The notes beneath the pieces were generated by a model, which saw only the letters and a program-made list of their open reading frames with translations, did not search any database and was not told where the DNA came from. DNA of 50,503 nt, filler included, from Jimgerdemannia flammicorona (Eukaryota), in NCBI GenBank assembly GCA_003990765.1. It is 2 parts of 2 records of this genome, joined end to end, with 100 filler letters (N's around TTAATTAATTAA, not from the genome) between each part and the next. Parts side by side here need not be neighbours in the genome. Positions count along the whole stretch, not along the records: positions 1 to 25,205 come from RBNJ01000866.1; 1 more part is not named here. One strand, written 5' to 3'. The position numbers and the translations under genes were made by a program. Below are positions 1 through 13,012 of this stretch, piece after piece; within the stretch, counting starts at the first letter, position 1, and each line of letters starts with the position of its first letter.

Positions 1-119
1 ATGTAACATCATCAAAATATGACATTATCAAAATGTGATATCATTAAAATCAGTCCTTTCTCCACTACCATACCAGTTATAAGATTAGTAGACAACTTTC
101 TGAGTCTCTTTTCTATTAT

Positions 120-124
<5 letters not shown>

Positions 125-162
<38 letters not shown>

Positions 163-815
163 GTTACTTAGACTCTTTTATTATCTATATATTTATATAT
201 AATAATGAAAACTAAATACTAATACCATTATTGAGAATACTAGAAAGAGACTAACTAACTACTCCAAGGGCCAATCAACTAATACCTTCCTTCTATCAGA
301 TCCTTCTGTCATCCAATACTAGATATTCTTAACTCTACTGTATGATGTCTTATACTTTTTGTAAAGCCCCCAGCTGATTTTTCTTTCCCTAATACCACTA
401 CTCTTACACCATCTCTCTCAGGAGCCACTGCCATTGCTCTACCAATTCACTAATTCTCATTCTGCTTAAACATCTATCTTCAATATACAGCTATTAGGAT
501 CCATACTCTTAAAATCTGACTCAAACTACCCCAAGTATCACCAGTTACTTCCATCAGCTACTATCTAACTACTAGATCAGTAGGATCTCCTGGCCATCTA
601 CTCTTGGAGCCCCAGTAACTCTCTAGAGCCAGCCAATATCCTTTAACACCAGGACAGACTGCCAGGACATGCTCCAGTATCTGAACTATCCTCTCATCTA
701 TCTTACTATACTACTCACAATCCTGATAGCCATCTACTTCCATCCATCCTGTCCAGTATCCCAGTATTACATTCTTTCTCAGGAAATACCACTATATCAC
801 TCAGTACTTAGGGAG
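125..815 (-). mobile_element. 5'-truncated, decayed 3' end of an L1/Tx1-type LINE (C-terminal Cys/His region of ORF2, 3' UTR, poly(A))
   Basis: Poly(T) 125-159 followed by ATAGTTACTTAGAC matches the LINE terminus at 25306-25337 (ATAGTTACTTGGAC). 600-815 aligns by eye with 25740-25975. Confidence 0.8.
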
Positions 816-816
816 T

Positions 817-1945
817 TTATTCTACCCTCTTTATCTTAGATTGATTTGCTATATCTGCAAGGATATAGTAGGAGAGAGATAATGATAATGAGTTGTCTCT
901 TTATCAGTATCATATCAGTGCTTTCTCTACTTTTTTGTAGTTTATGGTATCTCTGGCTATATCTGAAATATATCTATTTTGATATAGTATCTTCTTTCTT
1001 TCACTATAGTCAATAAGGTATTGTCTAGATATATTATAGACTATATAGAGTATCAGCTAACCTTAGATATCAAGTGCTGATATAGATTATCTGCAGATTC
1101 TTGGTATCTATAGTAGGGCCCTCTGAGCTTTAGTGAGCTTTCTAGTGAGTATAGTACTAATATAAATAATTGTTTTTTTAGATAAAGTTGAATTAAAAGG
1201 AGAAATAACTATTACAGATAAGAGAAAGAGCAATTATAGTAAATCAGTAGAGTGTTAGGCTGAGGGCAGTTATCAGGACTAGAGTGGATACTACATATAT
1301 CAATAGGACCTTCTGATTGATATAAGATAATTAGATAATAGATATTACTCTTAGCTACTTTTGGTAATATGTAGAGTTAGACCCTAATTATTGAGGATAG
1401 TTGGGGAGTCTAAGGCTACTCAGATCAGATATCTTAACTATACTTAACTAGAACTGGAAACTGATATAGCAATATGATCAAGACCTATAGGCTTTAATAG
1501 TAGAATATTGAGAGTCTCCTCTTACCTTAAATATAAGTTCACTACTTATCTCTCTGGAAGAACTAAGTTCTAGCCATTATTCTGTACTTTGATAGGGGGT
1601 TTTTTCTTTATCTATTACTCTACTTGGAGTGATAGAGACTATGCAAATCTGCTCAGACTTGGTCTTATATATATATTGGAGTTTTGGATATATGTATATC
1701 TTTAGTTATAAGTATATAGTTGTTTACTCTTTGATAGTAAGAAGAGTATAGTATACAGAATAAGGTATGGATATTCATAAGCTCTGCTGTATCTAGTATA
1801 GTTGAGCTGCTAGATAATAGTTAGTCTAGATTCATAGAGGTATAGTACTCAGAGAGTAGTAGGAGAGAGTTTTGGTTTATATATCTAGGTTTTCTTCTAA
1901 TAAAAATCTACAAGACTGTAAGTCAATTAAAAAAAAAAAAAAAAA
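817..1945 (+). mobile_element. Older, heavily transition-mutated copy of the non-autonomous LINE-5'UTR-derived retroelement
   Basis: 817-1447 aligns with the reverse complement of the LINE 5' UTR (31144-31770). 1448-1928 aligns with the reverse complement of 47505-47933. Ends AATAAA plus poly(A) at 1929-1945. Confidence 0.85.
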
Positions 1946-1967
1946 TCATTAAAATAACTTGACCTAA

Positions 1968-2190
1968 GATATAGACTAGATGAGACTATAGGCTAAGTAA
2001 GACTATGAGCTAAATATAAGACTATAATAATATAGTAAAGACTATAAGTAAGACTATGATAATATAGTAAGACTATAGTAGTATGATAGAGTTATATATA
2101 ATAATATGACAAGGTTATAGTAAAGTAGTAAGGTTGTAGATTGAGATATAGTAATATAATAAAGGCTATGAGATTAGTGAGGCTATTCCT
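1968..2190. repeat. Degenerate ~19-20 bp tandem repeat (AGACTATARTAATATAGTA-like)
   Basis: Recurrent AGACTAT units visible in the sequence. Confidence 0.6.
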
Positions 2191-2715
2191 ATAATACATA
2201 TATTGAAAGACAAATAATAGTAATTTATCTAGCTCTCTAATTATATAATGTAATAGTCATAAAATATTTATCAAATTATAATATTTTATCTTTCTCTCTT
2301 TTTCTTTCTCTCTCTATATAAATCTAATATATTTTTATCTTCTTCAGGAATATACTATAAATCCAGATTATGACAAGTTTGCTAGAATTTTAAATATTCA
2401 CATCTATTGAAGATGTAGCATATCTATTCATTTTAGTAATAACTAAAATAAGACTTTCAGATCTACTAATAATAATCTCTAAGATATTCTTCAAATTATT
2501 ACAGATGATATTTCTGAATTTGAAGACTATAAGGAGATGCTAGAATATAGTAGAGAGCAAAAGTATAAGAGGTAGAAAAGAAGAAAAAAGTGCAAGAAAT
2601 AAGATAATAATATTGATAAAAGTAAGACCAAAAGTGAGACTAAAAGTAAACTAAAAGTAAGACCAAAAGTGAGACTAAAAAAAATACTATTAGAAATAAG
2701 GCTGAGATCTCTACT

Positions 2716-3180
2716 TGTAATAATTTTATAGTTATATTTAGTCTTAGTATATTTTTATATCTTTTAGTTAGTCTTTTCTTATCATTTCTTGAATATTCTA
2801 CTATGTTCTGCCACCTTCTACTTGTTTAGAAATATTCTCTTAGTACTCAGACACTACTAGAATATTCTTGCCTTTCCTTGGTGTCAAGCATCTTATCTTA
2901 GCTAGTCATAAAACCTTTTGGAATATTGTAGAATAATATTAGTCAGCTTTACTGAGAACCTATTTCTTAGCATTTCTCTTTCTTTCTAAGATTCTTCTGG
3001 ATCTTTCTTTCAGATTATATATAAATATTCTTGTTCTTTGTCTAAATAAAGCTCAGAATATTTTTCTCTCAAAAATCCTTCAAGAATACTTGAATCTTTA
3101 AGTATCTCTTTGAGCTACTTTAGACCAACTAGAACTTCTATATTTAGCCACTTCTTCTTAAAGAAACTAGAACCATTACA
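2716..3180 (+). repeat. 5' LTR of A1
   Basis: TG...CA termini, followed by a PBS remnant; the 3' end (AAGAAACTAGAACCATTACA) matches the A2 LTR end. Confidence 0.75.
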
Positions 3181-4237
3181 CTTAGTAGTAGCAGGTGATT
3201 ATATCTTATCTTATTAAGAAACCTTATATAAATTCAGAAACTAGTTATAATCAGTCATATGAACCTGAAATGAGCTACAAAGAGTCAGCCTATCAGTCAG
3301 ACCCCTTTGCTACAGAAGAAGCAAGAGAACTGCAAGTTGGTATAGAAGATATGATCACTACTATGGCCCACCAAATCTAAGAACTTTAAGTACAACTAGA
3401 ACAGCAGAGAATAAGAACTGTGAGTATATCATATTTCACTATAGCACTAGTCAGTTTCAAGTTACTCAAGCCAGATATCTTTGATAGTCATTGAGAAGGA
3501 CTATATAGACCTTTCAGTTGGACTAATACTTTGAACTCACAAGAATGGAAGAAGACATGTAAGTCTAATTTGCCACTATAATTCTCTAAGGAAATGTAGT
3601 CATCTGGTAATATAATCATATTATGACTATATCTATACACTCATATGCATAAATCAGAGACTGAGAAGCTTTCAAGAGAGTCCTTCACAAGCAGTTCAAG
3701 TCTGCTAATACTATCAAGCTAGCCAGAGACAAGCTAGTAAACATCAAGCAACTTAAGTCTGTACAAAGCTATAATATATAATTTTTATCAATTATACTCA
3801 AGCTATCAGCAATATCTAAGGATGAAAAGATAGACCACTATGTCTAAGATCTGAAGAGAAACATATGAGTCAAGGTTGAGCTAGAAGAGCTCAAAAATCT
3901 CAATGAAGTTATGAAAATTATCAATAGGTTTGATGTTATCATCTTTGATAACTACTTTGAACCAGAATATCATAAGAAGAACTACTTTGAGAACTACCAC
4001 AGAAACCAACCAAAGATAGTTGGCCTGGTACCAATGGATTTGGATACTATAAATAAAAAGAACACCAAGCTTATCTCTGAAAAAAAGGACTATCTGAAGA
4101 AATCTAGAACCTATTTCTTCTGTTATCAAATAGGACACATTGCAACCAAATGTCCTAAGAAGACTAGCAAACCCTCAAGACCAGTCACCATGTTGTCCAA
4201 AGACACATCTGCCAACCTCACTACCAGTCAACCTAAG

Positions 4238-4650
4238 CTCAAGATCAAGAAGCTTCACCCAAAGGCCCAGACCTCTCAATATCAAACAGAAGGAGCCATT
4301 GGTCTTGACCTATACTCTGTCAAATAAGTTACTATTTCAGCTAAGAGCTGAACTCTGGTGCCTACAGGAATTGTAATTCAATGTCCTAAAGGATATTATA
4401 CCAGAATTGTACTGTAATCAGAACTTAGTGTCAAATACTATTTAGATATAGATACTGGTGTCATTGACCCAGACTTTCAAAGACAAGTTCAAGTTCTACT
4501 TATCAATCAGAAGAATCAAGACTACACAGTCAAGGAAGGAGACCAAGTCATGTAAATAATCCTGGAAAAAGCCAGTCAACTTAAGATTACAGAAGTCCAA
4601 AAACTTCCTGAAACCAAACAAGACCAAAAAGATTTTAGTAGCACTGATCA
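4238..4650 (+). pseudogene. dUTPase domain of A1 gag-pol
   Basis: Translates GAIGLDL...GVIDPDFQ...EGDQV*I...DFSST with in-frame stops, i.e. decayed trimeric dUTPase motifs I, III, IV and V. Confidence 0.85.
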
Positions 4651-7063
4651 AGCAGAAATTCTTACTAAAAATTGAACTCAAGATACTTATTTTCAAAGAC
4701 CTAGTCAAAGGAAAAGAAGTTCAAGTACTCATAGACAGCAGAGCTATAGGAAAATTTATCAATTAGAACCTCATCAAAAGTCTCAAAATTCTTACTAAGT
4801 CTGTATCCAAGAATAATAGTATAGTTACTACAGATAGTACTCTGTACTCCATTAAGTCAATTGTCACCAAACTACCTATTAAGATCCAGAAATATTGAGA
4901 GTAAGTAGACTTTGAGGTTGCACTACTAAGAGATCATGATCTGATCTTAAAAAAACCCTGGCTTATGAAATACAACCCAGACATTGATTGGTACAAGAAT
5001 GAAGTCACCTTACTTCAAGATGGAGTCAACATTACTATCAAGATAGACAAGACCATAAATAAGACTCAGATTGCAATACTGTCAGCTATACAGTATAAGA
5101 GAGTACTCAAGAAGACAATATACATCTTTATTATAATGGTTTATCTCAAGAAACAAGACAAGAGACTATCAGTTAATGAAAGTGTCAAGTTACTACTAGA
5201 AGAATTCAAAGATGTCTTTCCAGACAAGCTACCTGGCCTACCACCTATATAAGAAGTTGATTATGAAATTGAACTGATCCCAGGAGCCATATCATCTAAG
5301 AAATACATATACTGCATATCACTACTTGAAATTGAAGTAGTCAAGAAGAAACTAGAAGAATTACTTATATAAGGAGCCATCCAGCCAAGCAAATCTCCTT
5401 ATGGCTCACCAGTCTTATTCATTAAGAAGAAGGATGGTACTCTGTAAATATGTATAAACTATCATATACTCAACAAGCTTACTATCAAAAACTGATATCT
5501 GCTACTCTTGATTGATCAAATCTTTGATACTCTCAAGAATGCCAAGTACTTCACCAAGTTAGACCTCATGTCAGGATACTATCAGATTTGAATCAAGCTA
5601 GAAGATATTTCCAAGACTACATTCATGACCTCCTTTGGACTCTATAAATTCTTGGTCTTAGCATTTGGTCTCACCAATACACCTGCCATATTCTAGATTC
5701 TAATAAATAAGATATTTAAGGACTAATTATTTATTTTCTTGTTGGTATATCTTGATGATATCCTGATCTTTAATACAACTAAAGAAGGACACCTCAAATA
5801 TATTTGAATAGTTCTGGAGATTCTGCAAAAATACAAGCTTTACACCAAGCTCAAGAAGTGTGAATTTTTCAAGTAATAAGTCAAATACCTTGGCCATATT
5901 GTCTCTGCATAAGGAATTCAAGTAGACCTATACAAGATAGAAGCAATTGAAGAATGGCCTATTCTATCAAATCTCACAGAACTCTGATCCTTCCTTAGTC
6001 TAGCTGACTACTATTACTGCTTTGTCAGAAACTTCTCTGATATTGCCAAGCCACTGACTAACCTCATGAGAAAGGCCCTGTACTCAGACCACTATATATC
6101 CTACACCTGGGACCTCTTCTGTTAATAAGCTTTTCAAGAGCTCAAGAACTTCCTGACCTATGCTTTAGTTCTGCATAATGCAGATTAAGGCCTAAAATTT
6201 ACAGTCACTACTGATGTATCAAATTTTGCCATTGGAGTAGTTCTGTTATAAAATGATGGTAAAGAACATCATCCTATTACTTTTGAGTCCCACAAGTTGG
6301 CCCTAGCTAAATAAAAGCTAGCCACTTATAAAAAGAAACTACTGGCAATAATACATGCACTAGATCACTAGTGATGCTATCTAGAAGATATTGAGTTTAA
6401 TGTTATTATTGACCATTAATCCCTTAAGTATATCAATACCCAACCTACTCTGTTATATCTATAAGTCAAGTGGAGCCTTAAGCTTCAAACCTTCAACCTG
6501 ATGATTATCTATAAGCCTGATAAGATACTTATAGTACCAGATATCTTATCAAGATACTCTGACCTCACTACAATCATACAAGTCATCTTGGCATCAGAAT
6601 TCCTAGACCAAATCAGGCAAGCTTATAAAGAAGACACAGTTACCACTAGAGTTTTCTCAAATGAGCTCAAGGATATATATACTATCAAGAACAACCTAAT
6701 CTATCATCAAGACCAAGTCTATCTATCTGAAAACATAAACCTATACTATAAGGTTTTGCAAGAACACTATGACTCCCATCTTATTGGTTATCTGGGAATT
6801 GAGAAGACTGTCAAGAACATCCAACACTACTATAATTGGCCAAGTATAGTCAAGGAAATCAAGAACTATATTGCCAGCTGTGATCTATACCAGCACAATA
6901 AGTCTACCAACCAAGTGCCTGTCAGTTTGCTACAACCACTACCAATTCCCACCAAGAAATTCAAGTAAGTTACTATAGACTTCATAACTCAACTACCACA
7001 AACTCAATCTGGTGCTGATGCCATCATCATATTCATTAACTGCCTGACCAAGACTATGGTTGC

Positions 7064-10000
7064 TGTAAGCATATAACCTCTAAGCCACTCAAATCACACA
7101 TTATCTCTAAACAAATCCAGAAATTATATATATAATCATGAAGCTGAGTCAAACTGAAGTTATAGCACACAAAGCTGAGTCAACTTGAAGTTACAGAAAA
7201 TAAGATTTACATAAACAGAATCTTACCAATTAGGACCAAATGTATATATATCAAGTACTGAGATATATCAAAATAAGAGAACTACAACAAACTAAATAAA
7301 CAACTTAAACTTCTAAACATATACATAAATATAACTACTAAGATCTACAACTGCATCTGTGCTGACATTTGGAATACTATTGTCAACTGAGCTGCACCTC
7401 CTCTGCCCCTTATGAATATCCATAGCTTAGCACCTCTCTACTTTATAGAAGTATGATAGAATGCCCTGAACATACTTAACAAGACCTATCAAATCAAATA
7501 AATCTCAAGCTACTATCAGATCAGTCACCTCCAAGAAGACTTGATCAAATACCACCATAATACCAATATTACCCAGATATTCCAATACCAGAAACTCATT
7601 GTCTGTAAATACAGAGAACTCTTATATGAGTACAGCTCTTTTATTTTCTATCTCTGAGTTATTATCACTAATATGGTTACAACTCTATCCTATAGTCAAT
7701 CAATAATATAATATAAGAACTCAACTACAAGTATATCAAGTATATTCAAACCACAGATAGAACCTTTCTATACCCTAATGACCACATTCTGCAAATTCCT
7801 CAAGTTGGATATGCCATAAAGAATATCTATAATATAATCTGATTTAATGATAATGAAGCAGAAGATAATAATCCCTTTGATGCTAACATGATCTTGAGCC
7901 AGAGATCTCTGCTAACTCTGATCACCTTATCAGTCTCACTGATGAACTTATAACAGTTCATAACCACCTATGAGACCTATTGGGATAATGACCACTGATA
8001 TGAATACTAGCCTATATTCACTCCCAATTACTTCAACTACAATAAAGAGACTGGAGAATACAACCTATATCTCCAGACAATCCTTGAGATTGAATCAACA
8101 ACCCTACTATCTGAGTATAAATGATATGAAGTACAACTACCAGTATACTACAACTCTATAACTCATAGTACCATAATCTATAGAAGGTATGCAGATAGCA
8201 AATTCAGACAATGTACCCCTCCTTCATCCACCAACTCCTTACTCAGTATATAAAATAGATAATGCTATTCTGTAGAATGGTGATGAAGTTCTAATATATT
8301 ATTATCTCAATGAATAGAGAGAAGTAATCTGCAAACCATTCTTCCTAGATGACTACTTCATCAGAGATAATATCATTGATAGTGATATTATCAAAGATTA
8401 CTCAGATAGCATCTAAATCTATAAATAGCTTAGCAGCCATTGGTATAGTTAGATTAGCCTTGTACAATATAACTATGAACTAACTCAGCAGTCAGATGAT
8501 CTTTTGACATATCAGATCACACTTATACTATATGACTGCATTCTGACTCAGCAAAGTATTAAGTACTATATTCATATTCAGCATAGTCCAGATAGCTCCT
8601 TACTAGTATAAATACCCCCTTCTTCAGACCTCAGAATCTCAGACTTGAATATATAGAATAATCTGAACACAACTTCTAAATACTTCTACACAATATTCCT
8701 TCACACAACTACTCCTAGTATAGCAATATCATGAATAGTAAATAAACCTATTTAATAACCCACAAACCACTTTTAAGTAAATTTACTTCCTGTTAGGTCT
8801 CACTTCTAACCCTATTATGAAATTTTCTAATTAGGTATTGTCTATAGTAATATGCTGATTCAACTAAGCTGGTCTTAGTTTCTTAAACTTCCTAAATTAT
8901 GGAAAATTCTGAATATTTAAAACTAGTCCAAAAAAGGACTTTGGTTGAGATGTCAACTCAATCTTGAAATCAATAAGTATAGAGGATATACTCTATATGA
9001 AATTGATCTTGACCTTAAGAAAATAGTCTTCCAGAATATCCAAAACATCCAGAAAACTCTTTCAAAACTATATAATGATTACTCTAATAGATAACCTTCT
9101 TACAACTTAGTAGCAGTAGTTTATAATCCAATTTTACTTTAAGATACTTCTTTACTCTGCTATAAACTACTTTAAGAATTCCTACAAATTGATATAAAGC
9201 CCAATCTCCAAACTGGAATTTATTCTGAACTATCTGACAATCTGGAGAGAATTGAATCTGATGTATAAGGACAATTTGACCTCCACACCTATAATAAGTG
9301 GAATAGACTTCATTTAAAGAAAGAAGTCTCTAATTAAATCAGCAGATAGACAAAACCCTATACACCAAACTCCTTGCTCTACACCCTGCAAGTCAAGATG
9401 AAGAAGGTCTTATAGAAGTCTTCTTTACTCTTCTCAACAAGAGTTTTGTCAGCTCCACAAATCTGAGTGACCTAGGATAACCAGCAGCAGTCTTTCTAGC
9501 CTTAGTTCCTCATGAAGCTCAAGCTTTCATAGCCAAGTAGCTCAACTCTACCAACTTTCACTGCACTAAGACCAAGACCACATTATACTACTACTTCCAG
9601 AATAGTAAGATCTGACATATTCTTAAGGAAGAAGCAAGAGAAACCCTTCATCAACAACCTGACTCTAAATTAGAAGCAGACCTAGCTACAATCTTACCTG
9701 CAACTGAAACCAATACTGAACCAGAACTTGATTTTGAATTAAGCCTATCTGAAATCTGATATATAACTGATTCTATCTACTTTGATATCAAGTAAACTCA
9801 ATTATACAGGAACCAAAGCCAAGAGGAGGAGGAGTATCTCAGTAAATTCAATCCCAGATATACTACTGAAGGAGACATACCTCCATCAGGACAGAACACA
9901 CCTATATAGAAACAGACAGCTATCTACTAAGCCCTTACTCCAGACTCACAACTATTACTCTAGCAACTTATATAGTCTCAAAGAACACTATCACACTCTG

Positions 10001-11118
10001 CATTAGTACCTTAAGTAGTATTAGTAATACTACTGCTAGTAGTCCAATCACCTTTAGTAAACAACAAGGTGAACCAACAGATTCTAGATCTCATAGTCCA
10101 GATAGCCATAATGGTAGCAACTATTACTACCTTAGCTGAACAGACCTGACCAATCAAAAATCTGAGCTTACCTACCTTCAATGGTATTGTACAAGAAGTC
10201 CAAAGCTTCATTAGTATAGTTGATACTAACTTTGAAGCCAATCAATAGACCAATGAGTAAGTTACTGACCACCTTCTGCTAAATAATCAAGACCACACTC
10301 TGGAACAACCTTTTGCTACTACTACAGTCTATATCCATTAAGTTGTTACATTCTTCTAAGGACCCACCAAAGAATGGTGATGAATTCTTCTTGAAAAATC
10401 CCTCACATATGACACCCAACCTGCAGTAGTTATTCAGAATACAGCAAACAATATCTTAGAATATGGAGTCCATCCTATAGCTCCTGGACTCAAACAACTT
10501 ATAATTGCTCAATATTGTAGTAAAACCATAATCACTAAATCTTGAGTCAAACTCTACAATCTCAAATTTGATATATATAGTAAGGAGGAATTCAAAACCT
10601 TCTATACAAAACTCAAGTCACTACTAAATACCATCAGTTTAAAATATGTTGCTAATGACAAAGCATGAAATGGTATAAGAGCAGACCATTTATTCAATAT
10701 ACTATCTGAATAGCTTTTAAGAAAAATCCAAGAACCAGAATACTCAGTTAGTTGTAACTACCAATAATGGTGCCTGGTAAGAATCAAGACTATGGTCAAG
10801 TGAATTCTAACAGCCAGACCAATTCTGCCTCAAAGACAATTCAACAATAAGGAAAAAACTTGGATCAAGAAAGAAGAACCCAAGCATGAAGCATCTCATG
10901 CTCCCTCTATATCCACCTTATAGACATGCAGAAATTTTGAACCTACTTAGCCAAGTATCTTTAAGAAACTTATTAAAGAGAAAAGAAATGAACTTCGAAG
11001 AAGTGAAGCATGCTTCTATTGCCAAAAGACAGGACACATGGCTAGTACCTACCCTAACTGAAAACTCTGAACAGTAATATGAGCAACTGTTACCACTCTG
11101 CACTATCTCAACAATCTG
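7064..11118 (+). mobile_element. Ty3/gypsy family B, copy B1 (2.04-kb 5' LTR, PBS, long gag up to the zinc knuckle; truncated by a LINE fragment)
   Basis: 7064-9104 is collinear with LTR 40382-42412. 9105-11118 is collinear with 32372-34382. Confidence 0.9.
7331..8416 (+). pseudogene. Decayed LTR(U3)-internal ORF of family B, copy in B1
   Basis: Collinear with 40638-41735; contains stops and two frameshifts. Confidence 0.7.
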
Positions 11119-12303
11119 AAGGGAATGTCATTGAAACAATTGTCCCCACAAGAGAGGTGGTGCAGTATCTAGGTATCTTCCTCTCTGTATATGGATTGGT
11201 CCTACCACAGATATGGTGGGAGAGGAGGGTAGACATTTGGGGAGAGGCTCTAAAAGGTTGGGGGGGTCATCACATCTCTCTGGTGGAGTGGGTGGTGATT
11301 CTGAATGTATACTGGTTCCCCAAGCTGTAGTATGTGGCATATCACTTAGACTTTCCTACTTGGATAGTGAAGAGGCTGATGAAACTGGCTAGAGATTGGA
11401 TTTGGGCAGGTAGAAGGGCCCAGATCAGTTGGAATACCCTTGTCAAGCCAGTGCTTAGGGGAGGCCTGGGCCTTGTTGATTTCCCTAAGCGTCTGCACTA
11501 TCTGCAAGCTTGGTAGTTGTGAAGGGCTGTTGATCTATAGGGTAGAGATTGGGTACCATTGATGAAGAAGGTGTGGGAGATGAGAGTCTCCCTCCAGGGG
11601 TCCTCAGGGGATCTACTCTCTTTGGTGGATCTGAATAGAAGCCAACAGCTATGGTATAAGGGCTTTTGGTGGGGAGTGGTCAATGGGGCACACCGGATAG
11701 GCTTGCACTGGCATAGCAATGAGGGGGAGGTGGTATGGGGTCCAGCTATGTGAAGATGGAACTGTCTGCTTCTAGGGGGAGTTCCACTCGCTGAGTTTGA
11801 CATTGGAGATAGAGTGGAGTGTCAGTGGTGAATTGGCCAGAATCTTTGGCCGAGTAGTTGGCAGGCAGTAAGGATTGGTAAGGAGTGGGACTGGGCAGGG
11901 ATCTGGTCTTGAAGTACAGAGGTGCAGCAGTGGCTTCCTCCCAAGTTCTGGGTAGTGTGGTGGTGAATGTTGTAGAGAAATATTATGTTGAACTTCTGTA
12001 CTGGGCATCTGGTGGATGGTGGTCAGCTGGATTGTAAGGAGTGTTATAATGTTAGGCAAGTTGGGAGATTTGTACAAATGCTGGAACATTGGCTGGGGGA
12101 GTGTGAGATACTGGGGGACTTTTGGATAGCTGTAGGGGACCAGCTAGGGGTTGAAAGGAGACCAGATGGAGAGAGAGGTCACTGGGAAGATCTGGAATCT
12201 AGACTTGTGGGAGGTATTGGCAATAGGTGGCTTACTGTAGGGTGGGTTGTGGCAGTGTAGGTGGGGTTAGCTGGACATTGGCTTTTTGTTTTTGAGGAGG
12301 GGT
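11119..12303 (+). mobile_element. Internal ORF2 fragment of a related L1/Tx1-type LINE subfamily
   Basis: Translates VVQYLGIFLS...YWFPKL, AYHLDFPTWIVK...GGLGL and CKEC...EHWLGEC, paralleling the ORFs at 26383-26814 and 25570-26232. Confidence 0.9.
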
Positions 12304-13012
12304 GACAGAATCAGCTGAATTCTCTGACAAATAACTGAAACAGAGAAATATGAGTGAAAATTAACCAAGCTAACCAAAAAACATAAAAATGACACCTATC
12401 ATTCAAGCTTATCATCTACATCGACATACTGTTTCTTCTCATATATTGAGTTAATAAAATCATTGACATTACAAGATATTGAGGATATAATGACAACATT
12501 AACAGGCTTATACTCCTTTTCCCAGATATGTTCCATCTGATTCTTCTATTCATCAATTAAGGATTTTTTCCATTGCTTATAACAGAAATAATACATGTTG
12601 ATATGTAGATCTAAGGTTGAAGCTATGCTGTATAATGGTGTCATCTTGCAGTAATACTTTAGAAGTTTCATACATACATTCTCAGCAGCAGTAAGCATTA
12701 TTTATAAAAAATAAAAATATATACATATTACTTCCCAATTACTTACTAAACTAGTTTCTAAATTCACAAATAAAATTACTTTCAAAATCATATATATACC
12801 TGATTAAAATGTTCACCAGTTTTATATGTATCAATGACATCTTCAAGGTGATCACATAGCTAATTAAATAGTGGGATAACAGCCACTATTGTAGAATACT
12901 TCAAAGCTAATATCATGGTTATCACTTTGGTAATAGACTTGAGAAATCGGCAAATCAATTCAAATTGTTGCTATATATCTTCAGATATATTACTCATTTT
13001 CTTATCTATGGC

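Larger units (their letters stand above)
2716..7063 (+). mobile_element. Ty3/gypsy LTR retrotransposon family A, copy A1 (5' LTR to mid-integrase; interrupted by the family-B LTR at 7064)
   Basis: TGTAA...TTACA LTR at 2716-3180 is related to the LTRs of A2. A PBS-like CTTAGTAGTAGCAG follows. Gag (PMDLD, zinc knuckle YFFCYQIGHIATKC), dUTPase, protease, RT (YLDD), RNase H and integrase HHCC-region remnants are in order. Confidence 0.9.
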
